Assembly (NCBI RefSeq): GCF_006345805.1
Contig: NC_043004.1
Location: forward strand, 71,858,001-71,922,000
Length of the DNA stretch: 64,000 nucleotides
From: Octopus sinensis
Lineage: Eukaryota
Direction: 5' to 3'
Notes under the pieces: generated by a model
Database searches by the model: none
Told to the model about the DNA's origin: nothing
Seen by the model: only the letters and a program-made list of their open reading frames with translations
Shown: in pieces, positions 1 through 11,378 of the stretch
Layout of the letters: each line of letters opens with the position of its first letter
Position numbering within the stretch: the stretch's first letter is position 1
Position numbers and translations under genes: made by a program

Positions 1-480
1 TATCTCTTCAGAGGTAAAACGCACCTCCACTGTGCCGTATTTTTTACCTCTGTTTATATATGTTATTTTGTCCATTATTGGTTTCAAACATAACTCTATT
101 TTTTTCTCCTCGATTTTCTGAATCATTCTTGTAGCTGTGTTGTACGTTTTGTAAATAATTATTTTCCTCTCTATATCTTCATGTTTCTGTACGTCTGCGA
201 CCACAGTCACTTCCGTGCCCTCTTTCTTTACACTGTCTGCGAATTTTTCTAGATTTTCCACGTTTATTGTTTTAATTTTTTTCCCAGCTACTTCAGCGAA
301 TTTTTTCGCTGGAGTTGATGCTGGTATTGATTTTTCTATTTTTTTGGGCGACGCCGCCTCCTTTTTCTTCGGCGATAACGCCTCTTTTTTTCTTGGCGAC
401 AACGCCTCTTTTTTTCCTGATGTCAACGCCGGGTATTCGTCCTCGCTCGTCACGGGCGAATAGGAGATGGGGGACTCCAT
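1..480 (-). CDS. ORF1/Gag-like protein, copy A of the ORF1-only element; N-terminal 160 codons, open to the window edge
   Basis: Manual translation from ATG at 480: MESPISYSP...AKKFAEVAGKK...KKEGTEV...IELCLKPIMDKITYINRGKKYGTVEVRFTSEEI, no stops; aligns with copy B (IEKCLGDIMGKITYVSRGKKIGTVEVRC). Missing from the ORF track because it has no stop inside the window. Confidence 0.85.
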   Translation of the reverse strand, partial: MESPISYSPVTSEDEYPALTSGKKEALSPRKKEALSPKKKEAASPKKIEKSIPASTPAKKFAEVAGKKIKTINVENLEKFADSVKKEGTEVTVVADVQKHEDIERKIIIYKTYNTATRMIQKIEEKKIELCLKPIMDKITYINRGKKYGTVEVRFTSEEI

Positions 481-704
481 CTTAAACAAATGGCTTTAAC
501 AAGCCTTTGGAGATTCCAAAATAATTGTAGTTTCCCCCCACGGAGGGGGGAACACCAACGCGAAGTCCTCGCGCGAAGGCTGACTTCTTCAGTTAAACAA
601 CAGTAAACAAACAGGTATACAAACAATATAGAAAAACAGAGATAATACTATGAGAGCAGAATATATAACTTACTAACAGACGCAAAAATAGCTTTCTCCA
701 TGTG

Positions 705-2487
705 ATTTTATTACTACCCACAAGGGGCGAACATAGATGGGACAATGCAATCGGGGAACTTAAAATAAGAAAGCGAATGACATGAAAAGGAAAAAATAAA
801 AGTAAAAATGACATATGAAAGAATATTTACAATGAGATGTAAATGTCCACTCGATCCCCGGAATCGAGAGGTTACATTTTCGTCACATATATTTCACAAA
901 ATTTTCTTTTTTCTCTTTTTTCTTTTTTTTTTCTTCTCACAATTCTACACATATTCTATAATAGTTTTCACTTCTCTAAAGTCCATCACTGAGCCCTCAG
1001 GCGGCCGCTCTCTCACTCGAACCTTCGTGTAAAATATTACACTCTCTCCGGCAGCTCTGAGGAACTCACCGGCTCTTTCTTCGGGGATTAGAGCAGTCTC
1101 CTGCCACTGATCGGTCATCCTGTTGACCCATATATGTCCCTCCGTATTACATGTCAAGTCTTTCATTTCAGGGCAGAAATGGAAGGTTACTAACTTGTAG
1201 TAGTAGTAATCTTGTTTCCGTCCTACGTTTTCCTTCATTTTCCTTTTCGGGCTTATTTCTTCCTTGTTCTCCTCTCTTTGTTTCTCTCTTTCTCTCTTTT
1301 TGCCTTCTTTTCTTTCTCCTTCCTTCTCTTGTCTTTTTGTTTCTTTGTCTGTTCTCTCTTTCTCTCGTGTTTTATGTTCCTTTTCTTTTTCCTTTTGTGT
1401 GTCGTCTTTTCTTTTCCTTTGATTCTGATCTCTCTCTTGTTTTTTTTCCTGTTGTTTCTTTTTCCTTTTTTCTTTCCTGACTCTGTTTTGGTTCTATTTC
1501 TTTCTTTTCTTTTATTTCTTTTTCCTTCATTGACTTATTATTTCCTTTCTCTTGTTGTTTTGTTTCCTTTTCTATGTTTTCTTTCTCATTTACAGTATTC
1601 TTCTTTTCTTCAAGTTCTTGCTCGCACTCCGCTACGAATTCGTATAACGGGCACTCTTTTTTAATGTGCCCCCTTGTCCCACACAAGTAACAGTTTGGTT
1701 TTCTCCCCTCTACAATTACACTGAGGGTTTTTTCCTCTTCAATTTCAATTCTGTAGGGGAACCTTTCAATATCCTCTTTTGTGGCCATCAACCACAGTTC
1801 TACCCCATATCCTCTCCAGTTTACCGCGTTGGACTCCTTAATAGATTCCACCTCCACTTCCTCTTCTGCTGCTCCTAGAATAGCTGTTGCCAGCCATTCT
1901 GTTTTCACTTCTAGGGGTATATTCGGGATTTTAACCCGGACCCCTCTTCTTCCCTTGTATGAGGGCCACATTGTGAATTTTTCGGCTCTTAGTACGGTGG
2001 TAGCCAGTGAGGCCGCAATTTCTTCCGTTGCACATCTCACCTCCACCGTACCAATTTTCTTGCCTCTACTCACGTAGGTTATTTTCCCCATTATGTCTCC
2101 CAGACATTTTTCAATTTCGACTATCTCCACTCTTGCCAGTTTCTTCGTATTTTTGTCTTGGGTTCTGTATGTCACTGTCTTGCTTTCTTTATCCTCTTTT
2201 GCTTTCGCGGGGGGGATTAGCTTCACGCTATCACCCTCCCTTTTGAAGAGCTTTTCATATTCTTTGAGTTTATCCTTCTCAAAGAAAACCTCCTTTATGA
2301 TTATCGACGAATCGTTATTTTTCCCGGTGACCCCCGCGTAAGTCGCCATGACTAGAGGGTCAATTCACCTTCTTCGGAAGGTTTCCACACGTGGAGGCAA
2401 ACGCCTCGCGCGATATCAAATCAATTTACACAGAAAAAATTTCACCGTCTAGTCACAGATAACAACACACGTAGCTTTCCTCCATGT
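705..2487 (-). mobile_element. ORF1-only non-LTR-type element, copy B (complete unit of the tandem array)
   Basis: Starts at motif ACATGGAGGAAAGCTA (2487-2472); 5' UTR; ORF1; T-rich 3' UTR; LINE/SINE-like tail GCCCCTTGTGGGTAGTAATAAAAT at about 728-705; no ORF2. Confidence 0.75.
945..2349 (-). CDS. ORF1/Gag-like protein copy B: RRM-like region, CX2CX4HX4C knuckle, K/E linker and ~95-aa C-terminal domain; one frameshift
   Basis: ORF 1372-2349 contains VIVEGRKPNCYLCGTRGHIKKEC. The frame of ORF 945-1238 extends upstream through the K/E-rich linker. The span is 1405 nt, so removing one base (homopolymer region about 1440-1470) would give a 467-aa protein. Confidence 0.8.
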
Positions 2488-4155
2488 TAGGGGCTACGAA
2501 GAATGGCGGACATAACAAAACATGGGGGACATAGAACAATATGATTAAATTTATGAGCAAATGAAAATGAAAAATGATAATATGAAAGCGATGCTAACGG
2601 CCCCCTCCGCCAGCATCACTTACCTGTCCTTTTGTTTTCACTGTCACCTGAATGTTCATTCCCAATACGAAGACCATCCATATCCATTCTTACTCCGAAA
2701 CTGTCCTCCATATATTCCACGAATTCATCGCTCATTCTTGTATCTTTCACCTCCCAATTCTCCCTTTCACACCTCAACACAAACTCATCTATATTCTTCT
2801 TTTCCAGCACTGCATATCTGGTCCCATCCATTTCATACCATTCATACTCCTCCATTACCCTTTCAACCTCTTTCTGTTCAGTCACAATATAAATGTTCGG
2901 CCTGGTTCGTTTTCAAACTCATGTCTGTCTGTATTATTATTTTCTTTTGTTTTCTTGTTGGAGGGGAGCGGGTGGGTTCACTGTCTGCAGGGGTAGGGTG
3001 GGATTCAGAGGGTGCGGGTGGTGTTGGGGTGGGTTGGGGCTTCGCACAGTTTTTCTTTTTCTTTTTCTTTTTCTTTTTTCTTCCTTCTTCCCACTCTTGT
3101 TACATCTCCTCTTCTTCTGTCGTTTCTTTTTCCCTTTGGTTCTCTTTGGTTTCTTCCTCTTTTGGGGCTTCCGCGACGATTTCCTTTTCTTTTTCCTTTG
3201 GTGGGGGAGGGCAGTAGGCTCTTATGTGACCCCTCAGGCCACACTTGTAGCACCTGGGCGCCCTACCCTCCACCCACACTCTCATAATAATATTTCCAGT
3301 TTTTATACTGTCCGTAAGCTTTTCTATAACTTCCGCCTCCGTCTGTATGTTCATTACTAGTGTGGCACCTCACACGCCTTCATATTTCATAATGGCGTGG
3401 AGGATGTCCACTTTATCTTCATTTCCTTTGATAACCGCAGCCGTTATTAATTCGCCCTCTAGGTGTGGAGGTATTCCTTCCACCCTAATTCTGGTGGTCC
3501 TTCTATTCAAATACGAAGGGAACAAGTAAAACTTTTCTGTACTCACCACCTTGGCTGCTATATTCCTGGCTGCTTTCTCACTTTTAAATTGTACCGTTAT
3601 GGTTCCATATTCTAATCCTTTTGTCATGTACACAATTTCTTCTCCTGTCTGTTTGAAAGCCTCTTCAATTGCTTCCATGTTAATCACTTCCATTTTTCTA
3701 CCTCCATTCATAAATACTTTATATTTAATGGTTCTACGATGGAACCGGTCTCCGCGCCCTGCTAGAGGCAACAGCTCAACCTCTCCGTTCTCCTCCTCCT
3801 TCATGAACTCCTGAAAGTCCGTCAACTTAGCCAGGTCTATCTCTTTTTCTGTTGACTTCTTCGTTATACCTGCGTGGGTGCTTTCCATTTTTTTCACCGC
3901 CAACTCCTCCTCAGATGTCGACGAATTTTCAGAGAAATTTCTCCCTTCCATCTCATCCGTTTGGTAGAGGCGGCTCATAGTCGCCTCAGACCGAAAAACG
4001 GCCTCCCGAACAGAAAACGTGCGACGCACAGAACCAGTGCGACGCGAAACCGCACCAACCGACGTTCCAATTCCGCAACCACAATTTACTTTTTGTTCTT
4101 TTTTCTTTTTTAACCGAATTTTACAGAGCGCAAAAAAACGCGACCTTTTTTCTCT
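2488..4155 (-). mobile_element. ORF1-only element, copy C (5'-most unit of the tandem array)
   Basis: ORF1 homolog followed by a 3' UTR (ATGTCCCCCATGTTTTGTTATGTCC...GTAGCCCCT) similar to the 3' UTR of copy D, abutting the 5' motif of copy B. The 5' boundary is approximate. Confidence 0.7.
2616..3979 (-). pseudogene. ORF1/Gag-like copy C, disrupted
   Basis: ORFs 3370-4029 and 3100-3354 are in the same frame, separated by one TGA (YEGV*GATLVMNIQ); knuckle VWVEGRAPRCYKCGLRGHIRAYC; then a K/P-rich linker and C-terminal ORF 2616-2885. Confidence 0.8.
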
Positions 4156-4414
4156 ACATTGTATACTTTATAGACAATAGTCTTTTCTTTAATTTAATTT
4201 TTTATTATCTATCTGGACTATTCCATTTCTGCACGCTAATTTTATTTTTAATTTATTCCCATTCATGTGAAACCACTTATTCAAGTTCAAGTCATTGATG
4301 CAATTTTATACCAATTGCTATTTTTACTTTTGTTATGTTACGATTATATTATACTTTAGTTTGATTTTAATTATTACTTACTACATATAATTCAATTGTT
4401 ATTATTTTTATTGT

Positions 4415-4655
4415 TAAAGTGAAAGTATCTGAAACGTTTTTGTTTCACTTTTAACACGTAATACTGAAATAGTGGAGAAGATATGATATTGCTATGGGCT
4501 CGCTCTAGGCAAGAAGTTGAACATTTTTTTGCCCATGACACTACATGGACCCTAAGTAAAGCATGTGTAAAATTTGAATGAAATTGCTTGTGTAGTTCTC
4601 AAGTTTTAGGGAAACACACAGACAGACATTCTCAGTTTTATATATATATAAAGAT
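4415..4655 (+). mobile_element. Non-autonomous Helitron-like 3' end
   Basis: AAATTTGAATGAAATTG...TAGTTCTCAAGTTTTAGGG...ACAGACAGACATTCTCAGTTTTATATATATATAAAGAT resembles the end of Lep1/HINE-type elements. Confidence 0.45.
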
Positions 4656-4674
4656 AAGCATAGTGCCGATCCTC

Positions 4675-5110
4675 TTTAAAAATGTAATTACAAAGATAGA
4701 TCCTCCTGTCCGTTTGAAAGGAAATGTTTGGAAAAAGGAATCGTATAGAGATCCTAGGTGCAAATGGAAGGCTCACCTGAATATAGGACTTATACAGGGG
4801 CTTCTGAAAATTCTTTTACAACCCGATTTTATTCGCACAAAAATTCCTTTCGGTACCTAGAAAATAAGACGAAGACTAGCCTGGCGAAATATATATGGGA
4901 ATTAAAAGAAAAACAAGCCTGACCTTTCAACGTGTCATGGAGTATTTTAGATAGAGCGGCACCATACAGGCAGATGCACATATAAGGAATTTCAAGTGCG
5001 ACCTGTGTTTGCTAGAGAAATATTTTATTTTATTCCAAGACATTAATTCTTTGAATCAAAGAAACGAACTATTGAATTCATGCAGACACGCAACTAAATT
5101 CAAAATGTCA
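4675..5110 (+). pseudogene. Degraded GIY-YIG/C-terminal region of a Penelope-like element (Naiad-type signature)
   Basis: Broken translation: KCNY..SCPFERKCLEKGIV..IGL..FTTRFYSHKNSFRY..TSLAKYIWELK..WSILDRAAPY..CDLCLLEKYFI..LNQRNELLNSCRH. Confidence 0.75.
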
Positions 5111-6379
5111 AATATCAATATCCGATATGGAGAGCGTATATTTTTGTTCTTTGAGTTTTTGATTCTTGCACAAGTTTTTGATCACACTGTTGAATTTGTT
5201 TTGTATTATGCAGGTTTTATTCCGCATCGCAAAGTTTTTGTATATATTTCGATATATTTCTTAAGAAAAACCTTCGACTTATTTCATTTACTTTTATTGT
5301 ATTTTATAAACCCACTTTGGTCGTTTAATTTATGGATAATTCAATATAGGGTGTTATATTTTGCATGTCTTTTATCTAAAATTTGTATTATTATGCACTC
5401 AGCAATTTTTAAAAAGATAATGTTGTTTGTATATACGTCACATCCTAGACATGTTTTTATGTGAATATTTGTATTGGCATGCATATGTATTTGTAAGTAT
5501 ATGTGTAAGTGAGCGTGTATGTTTGTACTTATGCACATACATACATGGATGTATTTGTGTGCATCTATTCACTTGGATTTGTGTGGATGTGTTTTTACAT
5601 ACTTGTCTCTATATATTTATATATGTGTTCTTATATGTGTATTTACTGCTTAAATAGACTTTTATATACACATGTATACGTAATTTTATTTTGTGAATAC
5701 TGGTTACGCATAGTCAGACATTTTTCTTTTTTCTTTTTTTGTTTCTTCCTTTCTTTCGTTATTTTTTCTCTCCCTATTCGTTACTTGTGTAGAGTCCTGT
5801 AACTTTAGGCCCGTCTCTCCTTCTCTTACTCACGTCTTTAGCTTTCTGTTCCTCATAATATCGTTACCTTTTCTTTTCTTCCTCCTCTCTGCGTTTTACT
5901 TCTAGTCTATACGTATGCACCAAGTGATTTTTGCAAGCGAGCAAGATTGCGTATACATATGTGTACATATATTTGTGTGTATATTTTCGTTTTGCATTTA
6001 TATGTCTGTATATGTATGTATGTTATCTGTGCACATCTATCTGTGTATTTGATATATGCATGTATATTGACGGTTTAGTATGAGTATATACTGTTGTTAA
6101 ATATTTTAATATATTTTAATTTCAAATTTTATGTATTAATTGTATTAATCCAATTATATTTTCTATATAATTAATGACAATATGTATTTGAATCAACTCT
6201 TAGATTTAAAGTTTTTCCTCGATTTTTATAATTTATTTGAATTCATTTATTTTGTTTGTTTATTTTGTTTATCGCTCGCCTATGACCATTATTTGAAAGG
6301 ACCAATGAAACAAATACATTTTAAAAGGTATTTCGTTTAGCTAGTTTTGATCAAATTGTTATCTCGGTTATATTTTAAC

Positions 6380-6426
6380 AAAACTGTCCGACGAACGGGA
6401 ACGTGAAACTCCGAGTAACAGCTTTT
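6380..6426 (+). ncRNA. Hammerhead ribozyme-like motif (variant core CCGACGA) in a PLE pseudo-LTR
   Basis: CTGT-CCGACGA-ACG GGAA CGT-GAAA-CTC C GAG-TA-ACAG; stems I, II and III pair; one core substitution. Confidence 0.55.
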
Positions 6427-6455
6427 CTTACATTTCTGCTGCTTTTAAATAAAGT

Positions 6456-6565
<110 letters not shown>

Positions 6566-7163
6566 GTATTTATGAATATGCAATATATATATACATACAT
6601 ATGAATTCATATTTTCAACCGCTTTTGTTCTGTTTACAATTTGTTATATTTCATTGCTTATCAATTAACCAACCGTAATTGAGACAAAGTAATTTTTAAA
6701 AATTGATAACCAGTTAGATTAAGTAAATGATTAAAAATAATCCCTCCCCACTTCCCGCAAGATTTAAACTACTGCAATAATAAACAACGGAGAAGAAAGC
6801 TTACCACGTTTCCTTCTATATATATAAATATAAATTTGTCTGCGAATTATCCTATAATACGTATGTACATATTAGTATGTTTAAATGGAAAAATATATAT
6901 GTATTATATTCTATATTCTATATTATATATATTGTGAATAACAGAATTCATCTAATATTGATACAATTAGTAATAGCTGATTATTGCAGATGCTTATAAA
7001 TGTAAATATGTATGTATATTTCAGTATATATAAAGGTATTTATGTATATCTATATATGTGTGTATATGTATATCTATATGTATATAAGTATTCAAATGTG
7101 GGTATATTTTATTTATATTATATTTATATTTATATTTATTTATAACTTAACATTATGTACTTT

Positions 7164-7292
7164 ATAATCTCTGACGAAGCCTAGAGATATACTCAAGTAC
7201 CTCATTTTCATCTACCACTTACTTCACTCCACTTGAGTAATAAAGGTAGAATGAGGTATGTTTATTTCTTGGTTGAAACAGCTGTAAGTTAT
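7164..7292 (+). ncRNA. Hammerhead ribozyme motif with long stem II insert
   Basis: ATAATCT-CTGACGA-AGCC...(~95 nt, partly self-complementary)...GGTT-GAAAC-AGCT-GTA-AGTTAT. Confidence 0.6.
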
Positions 7293-7526
7293 TTTCCAAA
7301 TTTCATGTTTGTTATTTTCTAATAATTACTGGTATGCGTATATATTACTATATTTTATATCTTATATGTAAAGCATAATATGTTACATGTATGTATATTA
7401 TTGTAATTATCTGTCTAGTAAATAAATAAATGAGTTAGCATAATATAATGTCTAAAAGTTGTCTCTCTCTCTATATATATATGTATGTGCGTGTGTGTGT
7501 GTGTGTGACTTTGTGTGTGCGTGTGT

Positions 7527-7660
7527 GTGTAGGAGTGGCTGTGTGGTAAGTAGCTTTCTTACCAACCACATGGCAATTTGGGCAAGTGTCTACTACTATT
7601 TCCTCGAGCAAACCAAGCCCTGTGAGTGGATTTGGTAGACGGAAACTAAAAGAAGGCGTC

Positions 7661-7714
<54 letters not shown>

Positions 7715-7812
7715 GTGTGTGTGTGTGTGTTTGTCCCAACATCGCTTGACAACAGATGGTGGTGTGCTTAAGTCCCCATAACTTAGCGGTTCGGTAAAAG
7801 AGACCGATAGAA
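7527..7812 (+). mobile_element. tRNA-derived SINE (family 2, internal TA/TG microsatellite)
   Basis: Head GGAGTGGCTGTGTGGTAAG; body GGGCAAGTGTC...TTTGGTAGACGGAAAC; homologous to 38729-39250, 11770-11927 and 53354-53512. Confidence 0.75.
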
Positions 7813-8869
7813 TATGTGTGTGCGTGTAATACATATATTACACACGCACACTTCCAAGGCTTGCACATGAAATATCGAGCTATAACTTTAGAGATCTGCC
7901 TTTCCTACCGATCCTCAGGCTCCGATAGTCTTTTTCGTTAGATAAATCCTTTGTTTGTTTCTTATTTTAACTTTCATAAGCTGTAATTGAAGAGTGCTCT
8001 ATCCAAGGGAGAGCATAATAACGAATCATGGTTCTTTTGAAAAAGAAAAAGAAAGGAATCAATTTAGAATTAACCCATAAAAAAACGAAATAAGATGCAA
8101 TATATTTATTTCAAAATAAGTTTATAAGTTTATAAATCTGTTTCAGTCATTTTAATTCTGACAAAAATAATAATAAAGAAATTTGTATGTGATTATACAC
8201 ACACACACACACAAATATGAACACGCTGTCCTCCTCTGTTTCTCAATATGGAACTCTTGAAACAAATGTGCAAATATTCTGTTGAACACTCTCGATACCA
8301 GCGCACCAAGTGTGAGGATAAACTAGTTGAGTCCTGTGCACTCAACGAGCCGCAATTCTTAATACATACATACATAGATACATACATACAAACATACCTA
8401 CATACATACATACAAACAAACAAACAAACATACATACATACACACATACATACATACATGCATACATACATACATACATACATACATACATACATACATA
8501 CATACATACATACATACATACATCGGGATAGTCAGTGGCACATTGGGTCTGAAAATACTGGTCACCATGTGACTAAGGGAGCCCTCCCGGAACTACAATA
8601 CTATGATTATTATTATTATCTTTCTCTTTTGTATTAAAAGTATTCTTTTCAACTGCCTACAAATACATCGAGGTTGAAAAAATTAATGCATTCTTCCAGG
8701 GGTGAATATAAACTCTCAAACTTGAGGGAATGGGCCCCTTAGATACTAACATGGGTCCTCATATATGGATTGTAATGGCGCAGGGGCCCACTTGCCATCG
8801 GGCAAGCTGGCAACCTGGCCAGTCCGCTACTGATGATGGTAGCAGACTCTCATAATCCGAGAAAGACGG

Positions 8870-9135
8870 TTCTGCAATTTCTTGTTGGATAACCAGCACA
8901 AATGTTTTGTGTATAGAGATGAAATGCTTATGCTGTCCATTAGCATACTCCCTCAATCAAACCGATGTTGCCTGAATAGGTGCACGGTGTACCACAGGTC
9001 AGGAGTTGAAGGGATTGCTGGGCAACAACGCCAGATGAAGTAACTTTCATTGGATCACAACGCACCATCCTGTCTAGGAACTGAACCACGATTTCGCGCT
9101 TGTTAGAGCATCACTCTATCCACAAGGATATGCGC
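8870..9135 (-). mobile_element. Degraded tRNA-derived SINE (family 3-like)
   Basis: Minus-strand head GAGGGCGCATATCCTTGTGGATAGAG...GGTTCAGTTCC; weak similarity to 51372-51752. Confidence 0.45.
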
Positions 9136-9243
9136 CCTCACATATCCGTGCATCCCTCATTCTCCATAAACTCCATCCTTCCATCCATACAGGCATTCAA
9201 ACAACAAACAAACATACAAACATACATACATATACACATGCAT

Positions 9244-9440
<197 letters not shown>

Positions 9441-9454
9441 TACACCCATATTTC

Positions 9455-9657
9455 TTTGTCCATGTTGTGTGTGGAGTATATGAATGAATGATTCAACAGG
9501 TAGATAAGTCTAAGGGATGTTATCGTTATTATTGTGGATAGGCGGGATGAACAATTATCTCACCTGTCCACAATAATAACGATAGCCAATTACATCACCT
9601 TATAGTTTTCTCCTTGTTGAATCATTCATTCATATACTCCACAAACAACGAGTACAA
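9455..9657. repeat. ~200-bp imperfect palindrome next to a (TA)n tract
   Basis: GTGGAGTATATGAATGAATGATTCAACA pairs with TGTTGAATCATTCATTCATATACTCCAC; TATCGTTATTATTGTGGA pairs with TCCACAATAATAACGATA. Confidence 0.85.
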
Positions 9658-9949
9658 AAAATTTTCTTTGGAAAATACGTATTTAAATAAATGTTAATGT
9701 CCAGTTTAGCGAAAGCGAAACCGGTCGACAAACACAATATAAGATACATTAAAAATTATGCTAAAACTATAATAAATATTTGATGTGATTCATATTATTT
9801 GTCCCTATATACGCAAATAACCACAATGATGAAACGTACGAAATGCATGTGCATCTCGAAACTTCTACTCGAATGGACTTTCGGTTTTTCCTAATGTTCC
9901 AATTACTGAGTTTAGATATCCAAGAGCTAGAGTAACTCTACAATACTTC

Positions 9950-10125
9950 TTTATCTTTCCCTTTTATTCATTCTTTCTCCATTTTTTTCTCACTTTTTAC
10001 TTTTTGTCTAAGAGCGTAGGCTCGAAACGTAAAAGACTTTTCCACTTTTCCCGAGCGTCAAACTATTACACCTGCTTGTTGCTCCTACACCTGTCCTCGT
10101 CTTTTGTTTTTCTCTAAATTTGGAC
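9950..10125 (+). mobile_element. PLE pseudo-LTR remnant with degenerate minimal hammerhead
   Basis: GAGC GTAG GCTC GAAAC GTA followed by CCCGAGCGTCAAACT; related copies at 29770-29895 (+), 57450-57650 (-) and 59320-59440 (-). Confidence 0.55.
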
Positions 10126-10167
10126 TATACATACATACATACATATATACATACATACATACATACA

Positions 10168-10214
<47 letters not shown>

Positions 10215-10606
10215 TCTTTATATAAACAAGGATAAAATGTAAATGATAATATCAAGTGGCCAGCATGCGATAAAACCTCGTGGTTAGATTATACTAAAAT
10301 TAATAACGATATATACAAATTTTATAATTATAGAAAGGGATTAGGAATGCCCTTCCCCAACATAATATAATAATATAATTTAACTATATATAATCACTAA
10401 TTATAGTTTTATACGCACATATATATATATATGCATATATCCATCTATCTATATATGTATATAGAGATGTATGTGTATATAAACATATTGATACATATAT
10501 ATATACATCTATCTATATTTATATATATATAAATACATATACATATATACATGCATATACATACATATATACATAAATATACGTACATTTATATACATAT
10601 ATAAAC

Positions 10607-10637
<31 letters not shown>

Positions 10638-10959
10638 TACACTTAGGTGAAACAGCATGACTGCCACAGATGTGAAAGAAACAGACAGTTGGACAGCGTG
10701 AAACTTTACATAAGTTTGATAAAAATTTAAAAAGTGGTGTATAAATTTGTGAAAACATGTGAAAAAATATCATAAGAACTTGTACGTAGTGAATTGCACG
10801 CCGTAAAATTAGTAAGGAAAAGAAACTGACGTTTCAGGTGAACTCATTACCAAAGTAGAGTGAAAAAAAGAAAATAAGAAAAAAGAAACAAGTTAAAAAC
10901 AATAGAAATGTACAGCACGTATTTACCATTCGGTATACATGCATGCAGACATACATATA

Positions 10960-10993
<34 letters not shown>

Positions 10994-11023
10994 CATACAT
11001 ACATACATATATACATACATACA

Positions 11024-11057
<34 letters not shown>

Positions 11058-11062
11058 CATAC

Positions 11063-11094
<32 letters not shown>

Positions 11095-11180
11095 CTTTCA
11101 TGTAGGATAAGATGGGTTTTTTTCGAAAATAAATCTTATCAATGGCCAGCATATTAAAAAATACATTTAAAGGTTAAATT

Positions 11181-11378
11181 TATCAACAACTTATAAGTAA
11201 GGGCAAACGAAAAAATTCCTAATGCCAAATATGCCGAAATTGGGCATATTGTCTGTAACCATATAATATTTTCACATATAATTTTTTTGTGAAAAAATTA
11301 TATGGTTATGGACAATATGTCCAATTTCGGCATATTTGGCATTAGAAATTTTTTCGTATGCCCATATTTATAAGTTGT

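Noticed and set aside
1151-3360. Plus-strand F/L/S-rich ORFs that look like membrane proteins
   Set aside because: They are antisense shadows of the K/E-rich minus-strand ORF1 linkers.
3370-3372. In-frame TGA in ORF1 copy C as programmed readthrough or selenocysteine
   Set aside because: It falls near the conserved Trp of the other copies (likely TGG to TGA), and the copy has further lesions.
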